A DNA stretch of 54,053 nucleotides, filler included, from Sphacelaria rigidula (GCA_964200075.2; 3 parts of 3 records of this genome joined end to end with filler, not necessarily neighbours in it), one strand, 5' to 3'. Positions 23,665 to 36,340 are shown, counted from the whole stretch's first letter. A program made the numbers and translations. The notes: a model not told the origin generated them from the letters alone.

Positions 23665-26600
23665 TTGAATCGCGCTGGGCGGTTTTCAACATCCTCGAAT
23701 ACCTTGCTATACTTTTTGGGATGATTCCAGGATACCCCTGCGTTTCCCGAGGGCCGTAATTTTCTTCGGCCAGACTTGATTTTTCCTCGTGGAACGGTCA
23801 ACTCCAGACCACCTCGGAATGCCTTGGTGTCCTTGTTGAGACCGTTCCAGGAAACTGGCGCGCCATCCTGTGGTCGCAACTTTTTTGTCGACCGTGACCA
23901 TAGGTTCGAAATATTGGATTACAATGCAGGAATAATGAAAATAAGGACCCTTGTATTTTTCTCGGAGACCCAAGTACAGCTATAATTTTGGAGTGTTTTC
24001 GAACTTGACCAGTCTTCGAGAGAAATGCACAAATGCGAGTTGAGGCAAAAAAATTACTGCGGCCACCGAGCAAACGCACAGGTGTGCTAGAACCGTCTAA
24101 AAGTGTACAGCCAGGCGTTCCAGGATGTCAAAATCCGCCTAGCTCTGTTTAGGGCGAAGGATGACCCAGAAGGTTTTACGGAGCGCTTTTTCAGAAAAAT
24201 TTGACGCTCGGGTGGTACACGCGGAGCAGAGTCTGCTGCTATACTGTCACTGTTCCATTTTCCTTCACATTCACACACATGTATTTTGTGCACCGATTAC
24301 GTGCTGCACTGGTTGGCGCTAGGCGGGTGGAATTTACCGCAATTTTGATATGTGAAACCAATGGCGTAACTATTCTTACACGCCTCAACAGCCTGGGGAA
24401 GCGGCATCCCCGCAACTTCGCCGCGTCAATTCGCTTAGCAACGATGGTGGAGATGCGGGGAGATATCAACAGTTAGCTAGTTCTACCCGATAACTGAAGC
24501 TGGTTGTAACTCCTGCAACCACTTAACTGGGTAGCCAAGACAGTTCACAACACGAGTAATATGTGGATCGTGGATTTTTGTCTCTCATTCCGCGCGGTGG
24601 CGGCGAGAGAAGACATGCCCCCCCCCCCACTGTCGGTCCCTTTCGCCCACAAGTTGAAATGTGACCGGACAAACACCACGGGAGACCTACCAAGTGTACA
24701 ATGGTGCCTGTCAGTTGAAAAACTTGCTTCGTTGAAGCCTATCCCAATTCGTGTAGGGATGCATCCTTGCTGCGGGATTTGGAAACGACCCACAACAGCC
24801 TCTATCGAACCGGTACTGATACACGTAGCGCAGTGTCTACTGTATATGGGAAGGGCACAGTGTGTTGACACGGTCATCATCGTATCATCAGTATTTTGTT
24901 GTATCGTACAACGGCACACGGCGATTTTGTCGCTACAAAAAAGCAGGAGCGCAGGAATTTACCATAACCAACTCAGCGGTTGACTGTCGAGATTCCAGTA
25001 TCGCCTGTAAACTCAGCTCTACTTGAATATGCCACGACATTATCGTTCAAAAACATGTCAAGACGCCGCAACCATACTCCATCCACTACAGAGAAGATGC
25101 GAAGTCAGAGTTGGCACCTTATTTCCTCACATAAGTAAAACATCAACTGCTCGCGTCGAACACATCGTTGGAATGCCGGCCTTCTGATTCAAGGGCTGCC
25201 CACGCATGTCATAATTTTTTCACTTCTACACGGCATACGGCGAAGCCTAATATGGTCAGTTTGTAAAACAAGTTGTGCAACCTTCAAATTGTATGGGAGC
25301 AATCAGCTCACACGGCATACAGTGGTTCGTCGACAAGAGTATCCGGTTTCGGTACCTTTCCGACCAGTGGTTGAAAAACGGGTTGAAGGGACAACACAAT
25401 CATGGCGAAGAAGCGTTCAAGAGTGTCGCCACTAGTTATTCGACCATTTTGTATGGGGTCGAAGGCAGGTGTGAAGTCGAAGACATCACCACTGCGGTAC
25501 CGACTTGGGAAGATGACTAGCGACATTCTTTAGTACGTGCGCTGGGCAGTTCCATAAAAATGCAGGGGGTCAGTGACCTTGGCCTCAGTCCAATTACACG
25601 TTATGCATGGAGTGTCGTGTTAAACAGGGGATATGTTTTGTACGTACCCCGTTCGAGAGACAAGGTCAGTTTCGCAGAACACGTGGCCCTCACGAACCTC
25701 TGCAGTCAAAGACAGGCCCTCGGGTTCCAAGGTACGGGAGGACCAATCTTCTACATGCCGGTCGGCGTTTGCTGCATCAGCATTTGGATACAAATCGATA
25801 TACTCGCTGGCTCAATCATGAGATCCGCGCCTGAACCTGACGATCCTATAACGGACATCCTCGACAAGGCCTGGGTTCACGGAACAAGGCCCCGAGTGTG
25901 TGCGGGATACACGTATTTTAAAGTGTCACGAGCAACAGACACATGGACAAGCAACAGCTCTTACCCTTTTCAAGTGTGAGTGTAGGCGCAGCAAACTTTG
26001 GGCAGTGGATTAGCGTCAGGTCGTTCAGAACACATTGTGTATGTCCTAGCAGCGTTGAAGAAAGGAGAATCGGTGTTGATTATAGCCAAAATTGGATTTG
26101 GGTCGGCCCTGTCCTTTGATAGTAGGACAATATTTTCGGTGCCGACAGCAGAGCAGATCGATTCAAGGACCGGAACAAGGGCAACCCTGTGGATTGAAGC
26201 AAATGGATCAGACTTCTTGGCACGGCGTGCGTGCACCGGGAGGATGCGAGCGCTCCGGAGATGTGCCGCTCAATTGGATCATAAAAGACACCTCGAGGTT
26301 GTCTTCACCGCCTTCACAACATCACTAGGCTCTACCGTAGAAACGACACGAGTTGGACGTTGAGGATGGACATCGTCAGCTCGACTACCAGCCCGTGTTG
26401 ATATTCCTAGGCAGTGTGCACAGGCACCCGATTACAGTCAGTAGTTGTGTTTCAATGATTCATCGACTGCAGTCGACACAGGGATGAAACACAACAGGTC
26501 CGCTGACTTTCCACACATCTGAAATACACACACAACAGCAAATACAGCTTGTCAAGTTATGAATTGCGTCATCAGATGAGCAGACAGCCTCTGTTGTCGT

Positions 26601-26807
26601 GACAAGCATTGCCGTAGCGATACCATGGACGCTTCCGGCACCCAGAGTGGGGGCGAAAAGCTAGCACACCTGCCAGCACGGTAGCAAATCAGCACGGTCA
26701 GCAATCCAGCACATCAAGCACGGCAGGCCAGGAACAGTCTGGGGGAAGCCCACCAGTTGAGTAATATGGCCGTGAGCTGCTGAGTTTGCAACAGATAAGA
26801 TTCTCAC

Positions 26808-27105
26808 CAGACAGCTTAGGGACCTCAAGAAGGCGCACATCATCCGTCACGGCTCCCACAATCACGGCGGTGCTCGTCTCCTTGCCCCTCATGTATCTAG
26901 CCAGACGCGACAAGGATAGGGGCGCGCGGTTGGTCTTCGACATGTACAGGCGCTTCAGGACAACTTTGGCGAAGGCACTGTCAGTCCTGCGAGCGAGGAA
27001 CCTGAACAGCTTCACCAGGAGCCCCAGGTATACATTCTTTGATACAGGCGCCGAGCGAACCTTGTGGCCCACCCGACGGCCTCCGGCTACTAAATCGATA
27101 CCCAT
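26808..27105 (-). CDS. RPL18: 60S ribosomal protein L18 exon 1
   Basis: [68 protein letters not shown]...[18 protein letters not shown]|gtgaga; four exons total 579 nt = 192 aa + stop. Confidence 0.97.
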
Positions 27106-28092
27106 GACAGGAAAGGGCGCGCTGCTGGGGTAGGCGGCTGGGATGGCCGGGGGGCAATGCCCTCCGAGCCGTAAAAAGTGTGGATCATGACTTCATGACA
27201 TGACTGTCGCAAACACGCCTCCTGTGATCCTGCGCTCACCCGCAGTCAAACCAGCTCATGGATTAATTTCTCACAATAAGCCGCGAGCAGCTAATTTTAT
27301 TGCGTCGATCAACGGCTGCTGCTACAGCATGGAACTTTGAAGCATTCTAGGTGAATGGTAGCAGTATAATTGCAGTACTGTAGACCTGCCTCTATTATTC
27401 AACGCACACAACTACACAGAAGTATGTACGTTGGCCAAACTTTTCACACTCGGACAGATCATGATCCGGCTGAAAATGACCTCCTCACAGTGTACTGATC
27501 CGGATCATGATCCGGATTATTTGGCCCCCGTTTTCCATATTCGCTACCTATATAGCGCGGGACGCCCAGCACGCCGAGTAGTGCGAAGGTTGCGCTTTGG
27601 CGCGATTCTCCACAGGGTAGTTGTCAGCTATTCCATGCCAAAGTCTCGCCTGCTCAGTTTTTACTTAGATGGGAAAAAAAACGCGTTCCGACTGAAATTT
27701 GGGTGAAGATGCCGAGTCCGAGGTGCCTTTCTGTGTCGATATCATAGCCCTTCTCCCACCATGGAAAATTACCGTGAAACCTTCCGCACTGTAAGTTTGG
27801 CGTATTATTGGTTTAACAAAGGCATGATATCAAGAAAAGCGATTTAGAAATCAAATCTACGATATCGAATTAGGGTGGGTATAGAGTTAAGTTGCGCCGA
27901 ATCGGGCGAACTCAGCCGTAGCATGTAACCGCCAGGTGAACGTTTTAGCACATCGATTGACGGGTCTCGACCAACTAACTCATTTGAATTGAGACTGAGC
28001 TGCGGGACCCGCATTTGTTTCGGCTGCTCTAAGGGAGCCCATCTCCAGAAGGAAGCTTTTATGCTAGATGTCGTCGCGATGAGGAATGGTGC

Positions 28093-28127
<35 letters not shown>

Positions 28128-28666
28128 CCCATATTCGGGCCTTTCATTCAAGCTATGGATCGTTGCTGAACTCCTGCTACATCCAGAGGTATATGTTCAC
28201 ACATGATCGGCACGAAATCACAGTTGTTTCGACTTTTTTCTCTTCGTACCCAAGATTTGGCAGAGTGCGCATGAAGAACGGGTTTGCCCCTGGCCAGTCA
28301 CTCGCTGACTACTTTATTCAGGTGTATTGTGCCCCCTTTTCTACCTCTCTGCTTGATTGGTACTTCATGGTTCTTCTGTAGAACTTGTCCGTTTTTTTCG
28401 GCCGTACGTAGCGTGTAGGTCGACGGCTGGTCCGTCGAATGAAGAAAATCAAGAAAGAAAAAGGAGTCGCGACTTTTTAACGGCGGAACGCTTGATGCGC
28501 GGGACTACCGAACGCCAAACCACAATTATATTGCCAATTAATTGCCGATTGCATGATGAAGGGCGTTTTGAACATGATACAGCACATACATGCACGCTAC
28601 ACCTCGAAGAAGTAATAAAGCGGATATATGCATGACAAGGTTTGTCATTTTATTGCACGATATCTG

Positions 28667-28835
28667 AAAAAAAAAAAAAAAAAAACCGCAACCCGCAATC
28701 ATAAAATACAAATAAATACACCCCCCTCGCTCTCGCTTTCTTTCCCCCCNNNNNNNNNCAAAAAAAAAAAAAAAAAACACAACCCCCAAAAAAAAAAAAA
28801 AAAAGAAAAAAAAAAAAAAAAAGTTTATAATTTTA

Positions 28836-28869
<34 letters not shown>

Positions 28870-28908
28870 GGCAACCCGCAATCATAAAATACAAATAAAT
28901 ACACCACC
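28667..28908. other. Poly-A-rich low-quality segment with duplicated flank around a small gap
   Basis: caacccgcaatcataaaatacaaataaatacacc occurs on both sides of an N-run and A-runs. Confidence 0.7.
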
Positions 28909-30074
28909 ATGGCTTGCTATTCATGTACATACATGGGTGTTTGTCGGCCCGGACGTGAATAACTTCGCGCTCTTATCCCCACGTGCTGCCAGCCTTGGCT
29001 TCCTTGCCCCGCTCCTCACGGGGAGTCTCTACTGCTGCATGCTACAACAGATGAATGATTTTCGAATCGCTCACTGCTTCGAGTGGGGTTTCAATGTCAT
29101 CTAAGCTTTCTTTTAGCTCCTCAATGTGAGGGGTCACATTTTTTACAACTATCAACATTTTTGAAGAGAGAACAAACAAACACGGTTCGGATGAATCATC
29201 AACGGTTCGAATCACCAAATAAATCCACGAATTTTCAGGCCTGATTGCTCGAAAGAGAGAAAAAATCGACCTCTACTCGACCAGATCTTCACACAACTTT
29301 GGCGACATTCCACGTGCCTGGGCTGCGCGTACCTGGGTTGCAACGATGAAAACAAAGCCTTAGGATTGATTCGTACCGTACGAATCAATTACAACACTAC
29401 AATCAAGTAAATTCCAGATGAATCATTTATTCGTTCGACCCGTGAAAACAAACCATATACAGCAATGTTTCCTGCCTCCGGCGGCGTTCCCGCGAGGCCC
29501 CCTCATCAACCGGGGAGGGGGCGTTGGGGCTCGCGGCCTTGCCGCTGCCGCCGATGTTTTTCCAGTTAATCGACGAAGCCGATTAACTGGGAAAACATCG
29601 ATCGATGTACTGGCCGCGCCAGCGGCCAGTTGAAACTTAACTGGCCAGATCTGTTCACAGCCCTACTCGTATACGTACTGCTTACTGTGGCGCACAGTAC
29701 AGTACTGTACCTGTCCCTCTTGGCGGAGGATCGGAGTAAGGGGTACTTTGGATACCCCCTACTCCTATGCCTGTGCAAAATAAGAACTTCAAAATTAAGC
29801 GTTTGGCGTTTTGCACCTCTTCGAACAACAAGAAATTCGATTGAAGCATTTCTGCTGAAATCGGAGGGAAAGTTGGACGCGCTCTGTACGTCTAACTAAG
29901 ATTACGTGCGAACGCTCTCGTGCAAGCGGTATGTCTAACCAAGATTAAGTGTGAACGCTCCCGTGCAAGCGGGACAATAAGACCTACTCGCAAAACAGTA
30001 CACTCCACAAACCCCTTCAGCTCCACGTCACCCTGCGACATTCTTCATTTTCGAAAGCTTGGTTAGATAGTGCA

Positions 30075-31040
30075 ATGTTTTCCCATCACCGTTCACCTTC
30101 GACGAGGGCGAGATTCGACCTGCGACCCAAGCTGCCAATGCCTGAAAGTATGCGCGTAATAGGCAATACGTGGAGCCCTAGTGGTGGGCCTAGCACTTTG
30201 ATTCTGAAAAACGGAAATTTGATTCTGAAAACAAAAATACACGATGGACACAAGAGACACCAGAACGCGAGAAGAGCGTATCTGTTTCCTTCGGGCTAGA
30301 GTTTCTTTTGGACCATGTCGCGGTATATGTGTGGCGATATTGCGCAAAACACATAGCTCTAACAACGTAAGGTTCATCAGGTAGTGCAACACACGCGACC
30401 CTTTGGTTACCCCCCCAAAATGCCTCCGGAGGGATGCGCGGCCCTCCGGAGGGAAAACAAGCCTCCGGAGGCCTTCAACCCCTCGGAAGAGGACCAAACT
30501 CTACCGACCCGGAGGGCCGCCCACCCCTCCGGAGGGATTTGGGGATATGCGCGGCCCTCCAGAGACAAAAATAAGCCTTCGGAGGCGTTTAACCCTTAGA
30601 CCGCGATGCGGGTAGTCCATTGGGATCACGCAGACTTTTTTCAAGTGGAATTGATGCCGATTCAGCAGGTGACCTACCCTCGCGGTCAAAGAGTCAATCT
30701 CTCTGGAGGAGACAAAATAGTCTCCTCTGGAGGGCCGCGCACCGCTCCGGAGGCGTTTGATTCCTCTGGAGGCTCGAAAAGTTTACCCACCTGGAGGAAT
30801 TGTGGAGGTAGCCAAATGGCCGCGTGTGAATGATTTTCCATCACCATTCACCTTAGACGAGCGCAAGATTCCACGTTTACCCAAGCTGTTAGTGCCTAAA
30901 TATGCACGTAATTGTCCATACGCGGAGCCCTGATGGTGGTCCTGACGTTTTGATTTTGAAAAACGGGAAAGCACCAAAACGCAAGAAAAGCGACGATCTT
31001 TCATTCAGGCTGGAGTTTTCTTTGGACCATATATGGTTGA
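30075..31040. repeat. Two diverged ~200-250-bp direct repeats (30075-30330, 30833-31040) flanking a ccggaggg/ctctggagg-rich array
   Basis: ttt.ccatcacc.ttcacctt.gacgag.gc.agattc...cccaagctg...tttcttttggacca shared. Confidence 0.75.
30593..30693. mobile_element. ~100-bp piggyBac-like mini-MITE
   Basis: TTAA|CCCTTAGACCGCG...CCTCGCGGTCAAAGAG|TCAA. Confidence 0.65.
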
Positions 31041-31509
31041 ATATGTGTCACACACTCACGTTGAAGCGGTAACGCGATTAGTTTTCCTTACAGCGTAGGC
31101 CAATCAGTGAGAGCGTAAGCAAGAACAACAAAAAGTTGCGACTGACCGCCCGGCGCTTTTTTCGCAGGGTTTTCTTTACTTCGATTTCTCGGAGTTCGGT
31201 GAATTTTGAGTCGCAGTTTTTTTGTTTCTTTTCTTTTTCTGGGTCGTCTATTATTTGGCAATCGCAGCTTTCATTGTATACGTGCAACACATGACGTTCA
31301 AACGGTAACGCGATAATATCTCCTGGTACCATGGGCGTTTGACTCGTGTGTGTTGTGTGTTGTCGTCCCATCTATTCTGGACGCCCGTTTACACATTTCG
31401 GAATATGTGGGCGCACCAGCCGGGGTCACACAGGAGGAGGGTCAACACAGGAGCTCGTGTAAGCGCGACATATTCGTGAGCCGTATCTATATGATTTCAA
31501 TCAATAACA

Positions 31510-31836
31510 TGTCGTGATTAAACTGCGTGTAGTACCCTGAACGTGTCGCAGGGGCAGGCGCCACAGCTGCGAAGCTGAACGGGAGAAGGACGTAAACACA
31601 AAGTATACAGCTTGTATTGATGGTTCCCGAGCACGTGGAGAGAAGAGTGAAGAAGTACGTGACTATCTACATATCTACAGTACTATCACTCCGACGGTTA
31701 CAACAAGTCGAATCGTAACCAATCACACCGGCTATTCTTTGTCTCACAGTCCGAATGACAGGCTGCAACTACGACAAGGCCTTGATGCTCTTGAATGTTG
31801 ACTACTACATGAAAAGACATATGTCATTTCTTGAAA
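31510..31836 (-). repeat. copia 3' LTR
   Basis: Direct repeat of 34920-35252, adjacent to PPT. Confidence 0.92.
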
Positions 31837-32346
31837 CTCCCCCTCAACGGAAATAGTATCTTGAAAATGTCATACTCTATCACGATCATCTTCAATGAAT
31901 AACATCAATATACTGTTGATAAGCTAACGAACAATATACTCACATGAACACACCAAAACCTGACTAACTCATTTCAAAGAAGCTACAGATAGCAAATAAA
32001 TACTTTCAAAGCAAAAGCTAGTAACACTACTGCTACGATAAGCTATCCATTCCTTGTTCAAACTGATATCACTACTGCTATGGTTAGCTATCCACTTCTT
32101 GTATAAGCTAATAACACTACTGCTACGATTAACTATCCACTCCGTGTCAGTCGTGCTTCTGTCGTCGTCGTTGTCTTGGTCTTGATTGCTTGAACGGTCA
32201 CGTCGGTGTTGGTCCAATTGGAACCTGAGTAGTTTTCTTTTAACAAATAAGACGCAAAAAATACAAAAAAAAAAAAAACACAAGGAGTAAGACACGAAGG
32301 GCATGCTCCTCCGCCCTAAACTGGCTTCCCCTTCCAAGCTTTTTTG

Positions 32347-32710
32347 TTAGTTGTTGAAGTTCTTGATGAGATTCATACGGTAACTGAACCTCTGAGTTGA
32401 AAGGAACCTTGTTCCAATGTCAGCTATATGATTCTCTGTTTCAATGTAATGAATTGTGATCTCCCCAGATTCTACAAAAACAAATATCCGTTCCCTCATG
32501 AAGAAAAAACGCAAAACGATGTGTTTCGTCCTTCCGCTGAAAATACGGTTGGCAATCACTTGAAGATTTGCTGTCTTGTCTAGGTAGATAGGTACAGTGT
32601 TGAACGATGATCCACATCCCATCGCCATAATCATATTCGAGCAAAAGACCGCCTCCTTGATGGCAGTTGCTCCGGCAACCAGTTGCGCTTCCATCGCTGA
32701 TTGTGCAGCT
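32347..32710 (-). pseudogene. copia RNase H C-terminal remnant
   Basis: KEAVF..., IYLD, RTKHIVLRFFFMRE, IETENHIADIGT. Confidence 0.9.
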
Positions 32711-33329
32711 ATAGCCCCTGTGGTCCGACTTCAAAGCTAACCGGGGCTTTCGCCAGCATGATGATGTATGGTGTCGTCAGTTGTACGTTGTGAGCAGTCA
32801 ACAGGGACCTAAACGTTGCTGGTTGGAGACGCGCACAGGTCGGGAGTAGAGGTGTGTTGTCTATTGTAATATCATCCAGGAAGTCGGTTTCGGAGTTGTA
32901 GTCAGATCTTCCCCCCCACGCCGAGTCTGAGCCGACTCCGCCAATCGCTACTACATATGGCCGACCATCCCCGGCGAGTGGCATTCCAGGCTGAATCGGT
33001 CTCCCCAGGGAGAGTGTTGAAGCTGGTTGATGGAAAGGAGACATCGTAGCCGGGGCCACGGCAGAAAATGAGAAGCCTCCATTATGAGCTGTGGGGCCAC
33101 TGACCGCTGTATCCATAGCTTCTGACCTACCAGCAGTTGGGCATCCCGTTGCCATAGCACCAGCCGTTGGCTGCGGCTGGTGCACGGGTTCACCGATGAT
33201 CGTGTTAGAGGGAAACGCCACCATATGCGCGTAGTGCGCAACACCAGCAGCGGCACTCTCTTCCTGAATACGGTAGTCAGCATCATTATGTGTTTTGGAA
33301 CGATGGTAAGAGCATCACTTCGCCGTCTT

Positions 33330-34226
33330 CTATTCACCGTTGATAGCATTGCCTTTTTTTGTCATTCCTCCTCTGCGTTGTGACGAATTCTCCTTTTTGG
33401 TCGCTTGAGAATTGGTAGAGCAATCCCGCCGGTAGTGTCCGAGTCTGTTGCAAGCGAAACACTTGATGGCTGCTGCCTCAGCAGACAGTGCAGTGCCGGG
33501 TCTAGCAGTGGACGAACGAGAATCCGAGCGAGTCACATGGTCAATATAGTAGCAAATGACTGAGGCTCGGAGTTTCTCGAGCCCAAAATTCTCGTCGACA
33601 TATGTATGTTGGATTATGCCGGCATACTCGGCAGATAGGCCCTAGATAATGATGTCTTCGTATCTAATGTTGGGCATCGGATCGCCGAGGACGCGCAGGC
33701 GATTCTGATCAATGTTCTGTTCTCGGAAGTAAATTTGAGGGTCTATCCCATGCTTCATGCGACATGACATTAGAAAGCGAGTAGTAGTATGGATCACTTC
33801 CCTTGTTCGACAAAAATATTTCGCTTCTGGGGTCTTCCATGCCGCATGTCCATCTCCTGAGATCGTCGTACCAACAGTGGTATCTTCACCACTGTCGGAC
33901 TCGTAAACGTCTTGCTCGAATTGAGCAATAACAGACTGCGCGGGCCCTGATGTTATATGGTCAAGTAAAGAAAACAGCTCTGTCTGAGCCTTGACCCAAG
34001 CTCGTTTTTCTACGGCGGAAGCATTGTCAGTAGGCGGCCGCTTACCGTTGACCAGTAACAGCACGTCAGGTACATGTAGGCTCAGCAACACTCGCAATTT
34101 AGAACGACAATCTCTAAATTTAGCAGTTTCATCCCCGTCAAAGACGTCCAGTAGGCGCATTGCCTGTGTAAGACTTTTATTCGCCTCGGTCGCATGTTGC
34201 TTTCGGGACGTAAAACTTGTGCCCAA
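33330..34226 (-). pseudogene. copia gag remnant with CCHC zinc knuckle
   Basis: FDGDETAKFRD..., DGHAAWK, CFACNRLGHYRRDC. Confidence 0.85.
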
Positions 34227-34919
34227 AGAACCGCACTTCGGTCAGTGTGCTGACCAAGTCACAACTCGTACTGTATAGACGAGCTAACGCCGCTTTGTGC
34301 TAACCCTAAGCACATCTCATTCTGTATAGACAAGCTGTCAACACCTGCTAGAAACAGCCAGGTGTACTGCACTGGAATCCGCAAACACAAAAAGTCAATG
34401 TGATGCTCCAGTGATGAAACCTCACGCCGTTCAGTGTGCGAACTCAACACACTACTCGTGCTGTATAGACGAGCTGACGTCGACCTGTGCTTGCCCAAAG
34501 CACTACGCGTACTCGTGCTGTATATACGAGATGTAAACACCTGCAAACCAGCTAGGCGTACTGTACTGGAGACTGCAAACTCACAACGTCAATGAGATGC
34601 TCCCAGTGATGAATTTCAAGCGTCGGCTTTGTATGCCGATATTGGAAAATCAGAAACAAGATACCGCAAAAACCGAGCGTTACGCCGCAACTGTTCGTTC
34701 CCGTTGTTCCTTTGCAAAACCCAGCCAGCGTGACGGTGTGCAGCTTACTTAAAGTCGAGGTGATCAATCCCGAACAAAAGCCGAAGGTGACTCAACTCAC
34801 GTGGATATCCCGGTACAAGCGTCCGAGATCCGTCGATCCTAATCCAAGCGCCTCGGAGGGAGAAGAGAACGTCTTCCAGAAAACTCCCGAAGATACTCGA
34901 AAACACGAGGCTCATAACC

Positions 34920-35252
34920 TGTCAGGATTAAGCTGTGTGTAGTACCCTGAACGTGTCGCAGGGGCAGGCGCCGCAGCTGCTAAGCTGATCGAGAGAAGGA
35001 TGTAAACACAAAGTACTGTATGCAGCTTGTATTATTGATGGTTCCCGAGAACGTGGACAGAAGAAGAAGTAGAACGTGACCATCTACATATCTACAGTAC
35101 CACCACTCCGACGGTTGCAACAAGTCGAACCGTAACCAATCACACCGACTAACCTGTCTCATTTCGAATGACAGGCTGCAACTACGACAATGCCTTTATG
35201 CTCTAAAACGTGGACAACTAAATGAGTAGACATATTATGTCATTTCTTGACA
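34920..35252 (-). repeat. copia 5' LTR
   Basis: TG...CA ends, adjacent to PBS. Confidence 0.92.
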
Positions 35253-35555
35253 CAACAATCATAGATGCTGTGTTTGCTGTTGCCTGCTTGCAGGCTTCCG
35301 TACGGCGCTTTTTTCGTCGGCCTTTCTGTGTTCCCTAGATTCGATTTCCCGGGGTTCGGGGTTGGGTGAATGTAACAGCCGATTTGCCGCGGTTCGATTA
35401 ATTTTTGAGCCGATTTTTTTTGTCTCTGTCCTGGCCGTCTATGCTGTGAGACACATTCGGGTGTTCCACTTTCTTCACACCTTCAAAACGTGCAACAATA
35501 TTTAGTGTGTTGCATCCACCATTCCGCGCTTTCAACGTTCGTTCGAGTTCCTTAA

Positions 35556-35654
35556 CCCTTAGACCGCGAGGGTAGTCATATCTGGATCATGGATACTTTT
35601 TCCTAGTGAATTTGATGCCGATTCAACAGATGAACTACTCTCGTTGTCTAAGAA
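35556..35654. mobile_element. 99-bp piggyBac-like mini-MITE with TTAA on both sides
   Basis: TTAA|CCCTTAGACCGCGAGGGTAG...CTACTCTCGTTGTCTAAGAA|TTAA. Confidence 0.7.
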
Positions 35655-36004
35655 TTAATACCGATCACGCCACACCCATGCCGGATCTTCCTTCTTCCAC
35701 TTATCACCAGTAGAGTTAACCACTCGGGATGGTAAGAAATTTCTCAGATGGTTCGACTTGATTCTAGTGGGGACAGCGAAAATCCGGATCTTTAATGGGG
35801 CTATGCTCCAAGCGTGCTCCTAGCTTGCGCAGGACGCGTTTTGGTCGAAATCGGCGCCTGGGGCGCCGATTTAAGGTCTGGCAACGCATCGTTTGCCCAT
35901 CATATACTCTCCACCCCCTCACCCGAGGGTTGAGCCTGGTCCGGCGAGAACCCGGCGTGCTCCGTCCCGGCTTTGTAGGGGCGGACCCCCGATGGGGTTG
36001 GCGT

Positions 36005-36104
36005 NNNNNNNNNNNNNNNNNNNNNNNNNNNNNNNNNNNNNNNNNNNNTTAATTAATTAANNNNNNNNNNNNNNNNNNNNNNNNNNNNNNNNNNNNNNNN
36101 NNNN
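36005..36104. other. Assembly gap with artificial TTAATTAATTAA linker
   Basis: Same structure as 17955-18054. Confidence 0.95.
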
Positions 36105-36164
36105 AATCCTCCGGGTTCTCATCCTCAATGAAAAGGACCATCCTCAACATAGATGATCGGCTGT

Positions 36165-36340
36165 TTATATGTGGGTGCACCAGCCCGGGTCACACAGGAG
36201 GAAGGTCAACACGGAACCTTTTTTGTTTTTTTGTTTTTAGTACTTCACCTTCCTTCTGCGGTGCTTGCCTTTCTTTTTAATCGCGAGAGGGGTTCAGCAG
36301 TCCCTTTCCCTCGTCGACCGTCAAGTCGAATCTCGTGTAC
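36165..36340 (+). repeat. Dispersed repeat family, longer copy
   Basis: Matches 16044, 31344 and inverted 42425-42615. Confidence 0.8.

Larger units (their letters stand above)
31510..35252 (-). mobile_element. Ty1/copia LTR retrotransposon, internally deleted (gag joined to RNase H end)
   Basis: Paired LTRs 31510-31836 and 34920-35252; near-TSD TAACA/CAACA; PPT GAGGGGGAG (31837-31845); PBS GGTTATGAGCC (34909-34919). Confidence 0.93.

Noticed and set aside
28538..29104. Poly-K / poly-F ORFs
   Set aside because: Arise from low-quality A-runs around a gap with a duplicated flank
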